DNA of 60,052 nucleotides, filler included, from Ionaspis alba (lineage: Eukaryota), in assembly GCA_964255285.1 (NCBI GenBank). It is 3 parts of 3 records of this genome, joined end to end, with 100 filler letters (N's around TTAATTAATTAA, not from the genome) between each part and the next. Parts side by side here need not be neighbours in the genome. Positions count along the whole stretch, not along the records: positions 20,148 to 40,053 come from CAXUUL010000252.1; positions 40,154 to 60,052 come from CAXUUL010000253.1; 1 more part is not named here. One strand, 5' to 3'. The position numbers were made by a program, and so were the translations under genes. The notes below the pieces were generated by a model that worked only from the letters and a program-made list of their open reading frames with translations, ran no database searches and was not told the origin of the DNA. Positions 28,366-41,257 of this stretch are shown here, one piece after another (position 1 is the stretch's first letter; the number at the start of each line of letters is the position of its first letter).

Positions 28366-29863
28366 TCAGATTCCTGGTTTTCTGCCGATGCAAACATACC
28401 TGAGCAGTATCAGTGGTCGGCTTATGCGTCATACTCGTTACTCGACAACATACAATGGAAAATACGCCTTAAGAGCTGGATCTGCCGCCTCCTTTCTAGC
28501 CCGGTCGATCAAGTCGTGGAAATCTTCAACGCTCATTCCCAGTATTCGCGTGAAAGGGAATAGTGCTAAGCTCTCCAGAGCCTGCTGTATTATTTCCTTG
28601 TTGGCATTCCCAATTCGTTGCTCCCGAGCATCTGTGTCACATTCCGTCAGTCCTTTGCTCTCGCAATGGAACAGTCGTCAAGTCACTAAAGAACCGTCAT
28701 TGCACAGCCTGTCGCAGTATGTCTCAGAGTGAGAGAGGAGCTCAAAGAGAAGACGTACCCCGTGACCAGCCACAGAGAGGGAGGGGTATCATTCTGCTTT
28801 CCACATTGACCAGACCGGCATTAATGAACAAGGTTTGGAACTGCATCGGCGCCCGAGGGTCTTTCGTAGTGTCCAAAGCTCTGATATAGTTGCTGCTCCA
28901 CTGCCTCAACGCGCTTGAGTCTGTGATGGACCCGTTATCTGACTGACACATAAAATAGCAATCTACCATCTGCACCCATCCACCTGGTTTCGTAACCCTT
29001 ATCGGCGTCAGTATCTGGTGGCTGCATCACTCAGTCCAGGTTGGATCCTTACCGCAAGATATCCCTCACATATGCCGGCCATCGAGTCTTATTGATACCA
29101 CCTCCAACCAGGCGAGAGTGAACGAGGTCGAAATGGTTCCGCTCGAAGGTAAAGGTCCTGTTCAAGTCGTCGAGCTGGTTGTATCACGATCAGCATCTGC
29201 TCTGAAGCGTATAGAGTGTACAACCCCGGTTCCTCGGGCAGTGGATGCCGAAGCAGAACATTTTCAGCGGATAACTCAAGACGAGGTATGTTGACCTCCA
29301 CACTGGCCCGCCGACAAAGACGAAGAGTTAAGATACGCGTACCTGTGGCCAGAAATTATCAGGAAGGTCGTCTGGCTTCATGTGAGGAGATATGTCTACC
29401 CCTATCACCTAAAATGAAGTGGTCAGCTCCACGTCTCAGACCGATGACATGTTTCTACCTCGCAATCAGGGTAGCTCTCTGCCACCTCTACTGCCCACGA
29501 TGCAGCGCCATAGCCCAAGTCCAGGACCGTCGTGGGATCGGTCAAGGGAGGGAAGATGAGCCTGGAATCGAAAACGAGGTCTAACATGCGATGCTGGGCT
29601 TCGAGACGATCGGCTTCTTCCTTTTGGTGATTGATACTTCAGTCTCTACCTTTGCGTGACAAGGAGCTCGTCGAACCTCATCGATGGGCAAGAACTGGAC
29701 TGAGTGGGTAATTGCATGTTCTTGAAACTCCCTGTTGTGTATCCAGATCGTCTTCTGGTACTGGCTTTCTAGAGTTGTCGTCCCGGCCAGGGGACCTTGG
29801 GCTCTAAAGCAACGAGTCAGCATCATAACCCCCTAGCCGGGGAATGGACGAGTATTACGCCAT
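28366..29863 (-). CDS. LaeA-like SAM-dependent methyltransferase, multi-exon
   Basis: Spliced segments LPIDE/EEADRLEAQH, LIFPP..DPTTVLDLGYGAASWAVEVA, VIGVDISP, LDDLN, FDLVHSR, KPGGWVQMVD and terminal YVCIGRKPGI. Start (ATG GC|gtaata) is inferred. Confidence 0.85.
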
Positions 29864-32800
29864 GTCTCGACGCTCAGCAGGACAGTATGATTGGTGAAAA
29901 TTCCAAGCTTGAACTCAGCGTGGATACTGACCGGAAAGCTGTACGAACGACGTACGAGGCGAGCCCGAGATAGGAGGCAGCTACGCCGGCTTTTGTTGCG
30001 TGCGAAAAGATCGCCCTACGGACTTCGTTGGCAATTCATACAGAGTGCATCTTGGTCCAATGACGTTCAGAAACCACTTGTGGGCCACTAGGCGTTTGTG
30101 GTGATCCGGAGAGTGCGCAAAGCCCTACTATTGGATGGATAAGGGACGATGGGCCAACGAAGAGGCACACCGCAACAAGACAATCAATGTAGCCTTGCCT
30201 TCTATGCTCGCAGCACGTCGAACTCCCAACAACGAATGAATCGATCCGATATCCAGAATCCAAGGACCTCAATCGCCTCAAAGCAAGGTCCAGGTGTTCG
30301 CCCAGTTCTTCTACATCATCTTGTGTCACTGGTATCTTGTAAGTCGGCGGCATGATTTGACGAGTCACCATTGTTGTCATATTGTCTAGGCTAGCGAACT
30401 AAGCGTATCCCAGTATTAATTGCATTCATCTTCTAAAAAAGTGGAAGTGCAAAAGTCCGGAGAGTCCGGTGTAGCAAGTTCTGCAGCCAAGCAGCAAGTA
30501 TCCTGCTGAAAAAGGTAACAAGTTCGAGGTCATTATCCCCAGTGTGGACCGAGCCCCTCATTCCAGCTGAGTCTGATATTTGACTAGCGTATGCGCGAAT
30601 TCTTTGAAAATCGATTATTTGCGAAGTTTGAATCTCCTGGCTCAAATGCCTAGCGGTTTGTCGGCTTGGTTGCTCTGGCACACTTGGTCACGATCGACCT
30701 TTGAGGCTTCGAAAATGGCACCATGGTCTCGTATAATCTCGTTGAGAATGTTTATGTACTCGGAACTGTCATGACTTTCAATGCCTTGACACCAAGAACT
30801 TGGCCCAAGGACTCGTGGTTTGCGGAGCATAAGCCATGTACACGTGTGACCAGCCATAATGGTACACACCCATGCATGGTGTACCCGTCGACATGGAGGT
30901 GGAATTTCGGATGAGAGAATGTTACCAGACATTTCATTCGGTATTCTAAGGATCCAGACTATCCTTAGATCCTTCAGATCGAGTCTTCTCATGCAGTTAG
31001 ACTGCCATGTTCTAAGCTCAATTGGACACAAGGTTTGATCTTAGTTCCTTTGAATAATCCTCCTCATCCTCTTCCTCTATAGTCTCTCCACCACTGGAAC
31101 GTCCGCCATGGTGTGTTACACCACGTCGGCGGGCACGATCTGCACATGACTACCATGGTATCGAATCTGCATATGCAGCTGGCCACTTGAGTGGATGCAT
31201 ACGTACTTCGGGACTCGGATGTAATTATGCATGGAGGAGCTTCACTTCGTCAGAGGTAGAAAGCAACTTCCAAGACTCCGTCTGTTCTACCATTCAAATA
31301 TGCTTGACCTTCTCCAGTATCGTGTGACATTTAATTGACCTCTTGGTACCGATTTGTATTCAGTTCCACGAATCTGAATTTTCAAATTTTGAAAGTCACA
31401 AGCTCCCTTCGCCTTTGACTGCGACAGATCTTACTGCATGAGCTAATGCGCAAAGAGGGTAGGGATGATGGAGTATTCAATTTCTCACCAACAAGTTATG
31501 CAGTTAAGATGATGTGTTCAAGTGGTGAACATCTGCTCACATGGCTAGCGTTTGCATATACGGTCAGCCAGCCTCGAACAGGAGAGCTTGCCAGAGGGTC
31601 TTTCCTTGCGGCAGACTGACTAGGTTCACCCTCGTCGAACAGATGACTAACTCAGTGTGCCTGAACTGCACACCATTCGGGTGAGCAGCGCTGGCTGTAC
31701 CAGGTCTTGTAATCCACCCATTGTGATCACCCTGGAGTAAAGAGCTCTCGGACTCACTCGTCCCTCGAAAGTCGCTTCAGATCGTAGTAGCTCAAGAATC
31801 ACGAGAACATGACATCTGCAGATCGGACCAGTTGAGCCATGTGGTTCAGGTGTTGATGTCGAAGCCGCGTGCCTATAACTTGACGTATCTTCACCGTACC
31901 TTCGCCGTTAAATGAAGTTAGTTGAGCGAAATCAGTATCACTGACTTCCAGTTGTGGTTTCTAGCATGTCTGGAACAAATTGACGGTATCAGAGGAATCT
32001 CGCGGTTACACTCTCACAGAAAGGCAAAGACAATGTTGCTCTATTGCTGCTAGTATGCGTGTTATTTGCAATTGGCTAAATAGAATGTTCGTCCCTGGAT
32101 AATTCAAGCCCGATTAGTAGTCTTGTCGACTTTGCACCGCAGTGCGCCGCCGCACTTGAACGGCAACTGGGTTGTTCCAACGTTACCGATAAGTAAGCTC
32201 TGTAACGATGAAAAGTAGAGATATCAGACCATAGAGACTTCATGCACCTGACGTATTAGGCTGCATGATCATGAGGGGTGCTTAGACATATCGATCTGAC
32301 GCCCTCACATTCATCTTCCTGAGCATCTTAGTCCATCACAGTTGACCTATGGTTCAACTCCAGACGAGTTAAGCGTGGTCCCGAAGTCGTTGGTCCGAAG
32401 ATAGGGGCGCTAGAAACAAGAGCAAGAAATTCTATGAGACATTCTGAGGACGATGAAGGTACAATATGAAGGAGCTATCAGGTCAAAGCATAGTAACAGT
32501 ACCTGGCTTAGCGTTCATTTACAGACAGACATAGCCAGCACCATTAAGTCACGCAGATAGGGACATGCATCTAGCACAATCGCAGGGAACAGATTGCAAA
32601 GGTCTTGAACCACTTTGGCTCGATGTATCTGATCAACATGTAGCCCATTATCGGGTCATACGAATAATTCAGATGACTGATAGTTTACTGGGCAGTGAAC
32701 TTCGGTATGACATCGATTGCTCTTGTGGAATGGTTCAGAAAAACATCTTTGACTGTTCAAATAGGTCAAGGATTCTGAATTCTGAAGCAAGTGACTGAAA

Positions 32801-32972
32801 CCACGGGGACCCTATGATTTCTCGAAATGGTAAGCATTGCAGTACCGCAATTAGGTATTGTTTTCATGCAATACAAGTATGGTGACCTTCTCCACGGTAA
32901 GGCATCCCTGGCTAGAGAGATGCTCCTGCGTGCTAGACCACTAGTTTCACTCACCATCGTCTCCGGCTCAAC

Positions 32973-34325
32973 CTACCATTGTCTTTCTCGATATTTCATG
33001 CTTCCTCGACCTTTGAACTTAACTTGACCGCCAGCATCCGTTTCACCGCTCTCGCCCAGGTGGACATCGTCGTATCGAAGAGCCCGCTTCGGCGGATTGT
33101 AGGAGCTGCCCCGGATCTGCCGAGAGTCCTGTCGGCATTCATGCTCATCGTCAATGACGTCCTCAAATCTATTGGTGCCCCCTTCTCTTTCCCGCTCCTC
33201 TCTACGAATGTCCTCTTCGTCGACTCTATAGAACAGTTTTGCATTGTGACCCTTTGACCAACGATATTCGGGTGATCGAGGTCGAGACCTCGTGTGTTCG
33301 CGCCGGAGGTGTGGCGATGGGGATAGGCAAACATCTCTAGGCCGCGACGGTGATGCACTTCGTCGTCGGCGATGTTGGTCATGTGGAAATCCATAGCGAG
33401 CTTTTGCTCTTCCCAAAGTAGGAGATGGAGATCGTGTCAGTTCCCGACCGCGACGAGTCTCGTCGATATTGATATCGCTTCGACGACGAGCTTGTGGCGA
33501 ATCAAGTCTCCTAGAAAGCTTGTAATGTTTCTTCTGGCGGCCACTCTCCGAAGACGACTGTGACTCTGCAGGAGAAAGCGCACGCATCGGCCGTTTTCGA
33601 CCACGATCGGAACTATGGCCATCTGCGTGATGGTCGACGTTCTTCCTGGCGGAGCGAGCAGTATGGAACAGCTTGTTGCGTTGTTCCAGCTCGCCACAGT
33701 TTGAGATCAGAACCTCAACCAGCGGTCGATCAGACTTGTCAACTTTCACCTTTGCCATTTTATGGACAGTATCCATTCCCGAGACAACCTGTCCAAAAAC
33801 GGTGTGTTTGACATTGAGATGCTGACATGGGGCGATTGTTATAAAAAACCTGCATGACCTTCAGAACATCATCTTGATGCTTAGAATGGTGCCGAGCGTA
33901 CTGGCTGCCATTAGTTCCCTTCCCACGATTTGCCATACACACCAGACCCTCGACATCAATCTCCCTCCAGCCAATATTTTCATCTCCGAACTCCCCACCG
34001 TAGATGCTTTGCCCTCCGGTCCCGTCACCGGCACTGATGTCACCTCCTTGAATCATGAACTCATCGATGACACGATGGAAGGGAGTGAGTCTATAGGTCA
34101 ACGGCGTCATCGATGACGCTGGACAGTAAGAGGAGGTACTAATTGCCCGGAAGCTGTCTCCGATTTAGTCAATCGTCGCTGTGATTGTAAGGGCGGGACG
34201 CGAACGTACTTCTCACATGTCTTGGGAGTCTTATCCACAAAGAGCTCAATAATTATACGTCCAGCAGGCTGAGTGCCAATCTGGATGTCTAAGAAGACCC
34301 GAGGTCGAAACACCATGTCGGCCAT
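32973..34325 (-). CDS. Cyclophilin-type PPIase with Arg/Ser-rich C-terminal tail (PPIG/CypG-like)
   Basis: [58 protein letters not shown]-rich tail ending [12 protein letters not shown]. Two introns. Confidence 0.9.
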
Positions 34326-35457
34326 AAGGTGCTAGCTGAATACGAAACACAGTGAGTAGTACTTTGATTTCGTGTTAGCTTAGATTGCGTGCTCATCCGC
34401 TTTCTTGGGGTTGAAATGGAGAGTAGATGGGTAAATGTTCACATCCTATGAAGCTGGTATCAATTAAGAGTGGGAAGGCTGAACAAGAACCTAGGTCGAG
34501 TCTAAAAGGCTTCACTGAGGTTGTGAATGTATGTCCGGCCCATCATGCGCTTATTCACATACACCAATCTATAAGTTCCACTCCTACAATTGCAACCCGT
34601 ACGTCATAAAGTAAACAGCCCGTTTCCATCCCAACCCTACAAGCAAATGAAATGTCGTTATTTACATGCCTCTTATAGTACTCATACCATCATTGGATAA
34701 TTACAATTGTTTGTGCTAGAGTCACTGGCTACAATCGAGCTGATGCAAGTAATCAATAGTCTAGTAATACGCGGGCACAGGACATATCGACGATATCACA
34801 CTAGCTTTGTGGTACATTCGAATCTGACAACAATATCTCTTCTCGTCGTACCCACGACATCATTAGCCTTCTCTCGGTATGGATCTTGGCCTTTGGTCAA
34901 GGTTGCGTTGGCCCTGCCTCTAGTATATGGTGAGAATACACTGTCTTTGTCGGACTACGTTTCTATTATTCTACTATTCTTGCGACTGAGCGATGAGATT
35001 ACCGATGCGACCTTGGCCTACCCATTTCAAGGTTCTATACGGTTCCTATGCACCGACCTCCCTTGCAATAGACTAAGGTCAAAGCGAATTGTCGGCATTG
35101 GCTGATGGCTCCAACAATACGAGGTTCGGACCCAAAAGCAAAGTGGGGAAGAGCGCGCGAAGGGCCTCAAAGTCCTCTTTCCAGCTAGGTACGAAGCCAC
35201 AGCGTGCTAAGGCGAGCAACGTCTCGTAAATCATTCTGAATTGACTGTGAAGCCAGTGCAAGGATGTCCAGGTGACATGATTCTGATGCAGAACGTGTGC
35301 TATTATTGCCATAGTGGTTTGCTCTTCGAGTTGCTACATAACAAGTCCATGATGTCTTGCAAAATGGACTACGCGCTGGATGTTCATCGTATATACCGTC
35401 TCCTAGCAATTCCATTGAGCTTCTTATTTGAACATATCTTGTCCAACTTGCTCAAAG

Positions 35458-36214
35458 ATGAAGTTCGCTACCTCAACTCTTCCATTGCTCCTGTTAACTA
35501 TTTTTCTATCTCTCACACGAGCAACTCCTGCACAAGCTTCCAACCTTGAGCCTCGAGACGACGACCGCGCCACGGCTGCCAAGTCCCTTTCCCCAACCCG
35601 TCCTTTCACAGTGCAAGCTTTCCAATCACCCTTTCCGAGTGGTCAAGGCATTACCGGTCTTGTTCTAACAGCGCAAGGTGGGAAGTTCTACCTTACAACT
35701 GGTAAACCGCACACAGCTTGCCCTGAGCAAAAGAATTGCGGCCCAAGTAAGGAGACTGTGTTCTCTGTCAACGCATATGGTCGCAGCTATCTCGTGGGTC
35801 TTTCCGTTCTGGACAACCCTCCCAAGAGTGTTCTGAGCTAAAGTTCTCCCATTTCAGGATGTGGCTGTACCTTCTGGCCAAGACGTCTTCATCGACACCT
35901 TTGATGGTCACCTCGGCTACACTATACCCGGCAAGCCTACACCCGAAGGTGCAGTCCTAGTCGATTTCCTACACCTCGGGCATGGTACGACAGCTTATAC
36001 CCAAGGCAACGGCTTCACGACCGAAGCACCAGGTGTGTTCCAATGGATCGGCTCCGAAAATTCTGGCTGGGTGGCTTGCCCGGTAAATGGAGGTGGATAT
36101 CAGGTGTCGAAGATCATGAGCGCCGCGCAGGATTTTGGGAGCTGCATCACTGGGGTAAGCTTAGCAGCGATTGATTATACAGGTGCGAATCCAGCAGCAT
36201 ATGAGTATGTGTGA
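35458..36214 (+). CDS. Secreted cell-wall protein, PhiA / IgE-binding-protein-like
   Basis: Signal peptide MKFATSTLPLLLLTIFLSLTRA; AQGGKFYL, ACP..C, DVAVPSGQDVFI..GHLGYT, WVACP. Intron 35794-35857. Confidence 0.78.
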
Positions 36215-36543
36215 GAGGGACGGAGTATGTACCGAGAGAGTGGTGAGGCCCGAGGGAGAACGGCGATGATACCTTCGTTCAGGGTTTTCGGAATTTGGGA
36301 GAACTAGTGCGTTTTCCCAATTGTATATGGTTAAAATCGCTTCCTCATTCTCTAAATCCTTGTTCGTTGCTGAAGGAGCGCTCGGGGTAGTCCATGCATA
36401 TCGTGTCAAACCATTCTAGTCTAGGATCATTTCCATGTGCGGTTCCACACTCTCGTCTCGTATTTCCCGACGCTCGTGCATGAAATGACTGTGGAGATGC
36501 TGGTCTCGCAACCACACCTCGCAGTCATTCCCCTGTCGCTGCA

Positions 36544-37646
36544 TCATGAGGCTTTCTTTCCACTCTCGCGTTCCCTCTTCCTCAACGCCCTCGTCCTTAT
36601 GGCCTGGTGCATTCCCTTGTTCTGCCCCACCACAAATTTATTCGACATGCCCAGAAATGTGCCAAGGGTCCATTGCATAACGGCGTGACTCCAAAAGGGT
36701 GTGCTGGTATAGGCCCATCCTTGCGCCCCCCCTGACCTTCCTATCTTCGCCAACACAGCCTTCACGAACGTCTTCGGTGTAGGTATTGTCATAGTCGATC
36801 GTCTAATCTTCGACATGGCGCTTGTGACGAGGTAGCTTTGGACTAGCTCCACTGTGATGCCAAAGGGTGCTACCTCTGCGCCGAGAGAAGAGGACCATTG
36901 CTGGAGGAAAGCTTTGCTGCCTGAGTATGTTGCTAGAAGCGGTGTAGGGAGAAGGCCACCGAAGGAGCCCATGGTAAGAACAAGGCCACGTTTGCGAGAG
37001 ATCATACCAGGAAGTACAAGAGACGTGGTACGAAGTGTGGCTGTACAGTTGATGGTGATGATGTCTCTCATCTCCTCCATTGCTGTCTCGGCAAATGTGA
37101 CTGGAATTTCATGGCTCTTGCCCACGTTATTGATGAGCACCGCAATATCCAGGTTGGTGATGAGGGAGTTCAGTCGAGCGTAATCTGAGTCATTATTTGC
37201 AGCGAAATCCATTGCCAAGCTCTTTGTCTGGACGTTGTAAGATGATTGAATTGTCTTCACTACTTCGTCCAGTTTGGTCGCTGTACGAGAGACGAGGATA
37301 ATGTTGAAACCGGAGCTGGCAAGCTGGAGAGCGAATTGCTTGCCAAGGCCATCGGAGGCCCCTGTGATCAGAGCCCATGACCCTTTAGGTCCAAAGCTAC
37401 GAAGCTGGGGGAGTGTCAATTGAAGAGAAGAGGAAGAAGATTAGAGCTTCAAAGGCTTACAGATCTGCCTGGGACCACAAACAGACTTAGCAGGAGACGG
37501 GCAAAGCTCAGGACTCTGCTCCCAACGACTAAAAGACCGACCAGAGCCAAAGAGAAGAGAAGCGTATCCACGACAGGTCCGGAGGTCAACTCTGGGTACC
37601 TGGCATTTTGAACCTGAAGCTTCGCGTGGCTGAGTGGAGCATCCAT
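36544..37646 (-). CDS. IFA38: Very-long-chain 3-oxoacyl-CoA reductase (KAR)
   Basis: N-terminal TM helix, [18 protein letters not shown], catalytic [19 protein letters not shown] and C-terminal dilysine (GKKAS). One intron ~37406-37461. Confidence 0.93.
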
Positions 37647-37975
37647 GCCTTTCGTTACTTAACAGCAGCGATTTTGGCTTGAGAGGGAGAAAGGAAAGAT
37701 GTTGGATGTAGTTTCTGATAGTCGCCCCCAGAAGTCAAATGGCTAATGGCTACGGAGCGCAGCGGGCCGCATTTCATTATTTAGCGAGTCCTCGGACCTA
37801 ACGTTTCTGCGGCTCTTTCAGCTCGAAGTTACATGTGACCGCATATATCTTCAAAGGCGCGACACAGCAGGCTCGAATGGACGTTGTTATACATAACTCC
37901 AAGGATTGCTTTTAGCCTTTTAGCTGATTCTTCCTCATTACATCCTCAGTAATTATTGTTACAGTCCCAACAGCA

Positions 37976-38467
37976 ATGAATCCCCTTTGGACATACCTTC
38001 CCCCTCATGATGGCTTGCTGCCGAAGTGGCTACTTCTAGTACTTCTCTCATGGCTTGCTACTCAAGAATTTCCCAATCGTTAATCTTTAAAGGTCTCCCT
38101 GATTGCCGGGGCCAACTCAGTTCAAGCCTACAGTACTTTGACTTTCACCAAGCGCGTCTACTCCGGCACCGACTCTGATTCCCATGACAAACGACCTAAA
38201 AGCCCCGTCAACAGCCTCAGCTCCCGTACCTTCGGAACATGGTCCTTGTTATCTTCGATCATTCGGATCTACGCGGCGTATAACATAGCCGACCGAGCCG
38301 TGTATCAGCTAGCGCTATGGACGTATGCAATTGCCTTTGCACACTTCTTCAGCGAATGGCAAATCTACGGCACCGCAGTTTGGGGTAAAGGTTTAGCTGG
38401 ACCGGTAGCATTCAGTACGTCGAGTTTTGTATGGATGTGGCTGCAGATGGATTATTATACGGGGTGA
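37976..38467 (+). CDS. ERG28: Ergosterol biosynthesis scaffold Erg28
   Basis: GLLPKWLLL|VSL, NSVQAY, LSSRTFGTW, IRIYAAYNI, AFAHFFSEW. Intron ~38039-38092. Confidence 0.93.
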
Positions 38468-38543
38468 AGGGACACGAGGAAGCCACAACAGGTGCACCAT
38501 TCCAGAAAAAGGTAGAACTGCTCGGCGGGGAAATTCTGAAAGA

Positions 38544-39900
<1,357 letters not shown>

Positions 39901-40053
39901 TCAACTTAGTAGAGCCAAGACCTTGGATGTATGGTTGAATTGTCCAAATATGTCTGAATTTTTGACATGCGGGCTTTGAGGAGCTGTCGCCGGACGCATT
40001 GGACCCTCGACGGGCTAATTCTGCTCTACTGCCCCGCGGTGTCATCGAGCCGA

Positions 40054-40153
40054 NNNNNNNNNNNNNNNNNNNNNNNNNNNNNNNNNNNNNNNNNNNNTTA
40101 ATTAATTAANNNNNNNNNNNNNNNNNNNNNNNNNNNNNNNNNNNNNNNNNNNN
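40054..40153. other. Artificial contig linker N44-TTAATTAATTAA-N44
   Basis: 12-mer at 40098-40109 inside Ns. Confidence 0.97.
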
Positions 40154-41257
40154 CGGGTCGGGAAGCTATCTGTTTTCGGCTCCTCGAAGCACACCACACA
40201 ATGTTTGATCTGATTGTTTTTCTTTTCCTTGCGGGTCAGGCCTTCTTCTGTACTGCTGCTTGAGATCGAGCTGTCAACGAACGGATTTGGTCGGTAGCCA
40301 GTTGCAGCGCTGGGGTTGCTCGGTTTTCGCTGCTTGACTCTCTTCCGTTGGACAACAGCCTCAATCAGTGTAGTGGAAAATAAAACCGCATTCGATTCTT
40401 TACTCGACTAAATCGATTTTCTTTGAATAATTTTGAGCAGCCTAGTAAAATCCAAATTCGAATATGATTACAGACAAAAACTCGTATAAGTCGAATCACT
40501 TGAGGTTTATCTAATGTATATAAATGACGTGTGTTATACATAAAATCATTGTGGATCGGATACAATTTGCATAAAACAATGTATTAATTGATTGAATATT
40601 ATGCACTGTTTATTTATTTTATGTAAAACTCGATTTTTTGAATACGCCTCGAAAATCATATTCGAAATAGGATTTACTGTTTTTGTACTCGATTTTCTGG
40701 AGTTCCAATACACTGGCCTCAATACTGGAGTTGCCCGAGTTTTGCAGCTTGACTCTCTTCCGCTGGCTAAGATCCTCAGCGCTGGAGTTACTCGAGTTGG
40801 GTAGCTTGACTCTCCTTAGCTTGGGAAGCTCCTCAGCACTGGAGATGCTTGAAGGCGACACTTTGCCTATCCTTTGATGAGGAAGAAGAGATTTTGACTC
40901 CCCAGCGGTCGCTGTCCGTAGAGGTGCAATGCTGGTAGAGAGGAGGGATTTTGGGGCTGATATAGAATCTGGAGTCCTCTCGCGTTTCAATTTAGATGCG
41001 GCTGCATATATATTGCCAGGACTGCGTAAAATCCTACAGCGGTCTTCTTTCTCTAGCTCTTCGTTGTTGATGAGATTGTTGAGGGTTCTCAAGAGGTCGA
41101 GTGTCGGTGGCAGTAAGGGAACTTCGGGTATTGGGTGAGCTACACCGTAGTGATTGAGGATTCTTGCAATGTCGCTTCTTGTCCAGCTTTCACATCTGAG
41201 GCCAAGTAGTCTGGACGGGATACCAGCGTCCTTTAGATTTCGCTGTAGTTCTGCTAT
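40154..41257 (-). pseudogene. Disrupted gene for a RING-finger (probably RBR/IBR E3-like) protein; MITE-interrupted and cut by the contig end
   Basis: Removing the MITE and one TSD extends the 40619..41092 frame as IEAVVQRKRVKQRKPSN...NQIKHCVVCFEEPKTDSFPT to the contig end. The 5' part lacks an in-frame ATG (gccATAgca at 41257) and appears frameshifted near 41105. Confidence 0.6.
40366..40715. mobile_element. 350-bp non-autonomous hAT-type element (MITE)
   Basis: Exact 8-bp TSD gcctcaat (40358-40365 and 40716-40723); TIRs cagtgtagtggaa / ttccaatacactg (12 of 13 match); AT-rich interior with repeated TCGA-core motifs. Confidence 0.9.

Noticed and set aside
30036..31031. Chain of short minus-strand ORFs upstream of the methyltransferase
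   Set aside because: No motifs and no consistent exon structure.
40365..40804. AT-rich ORFs 40365..40565 and 40592..40804 as a NUMT or foreign gene
   Set aside because: No motifs; the AT-rich block is explained by the TIR/TSD-bounded MITE.
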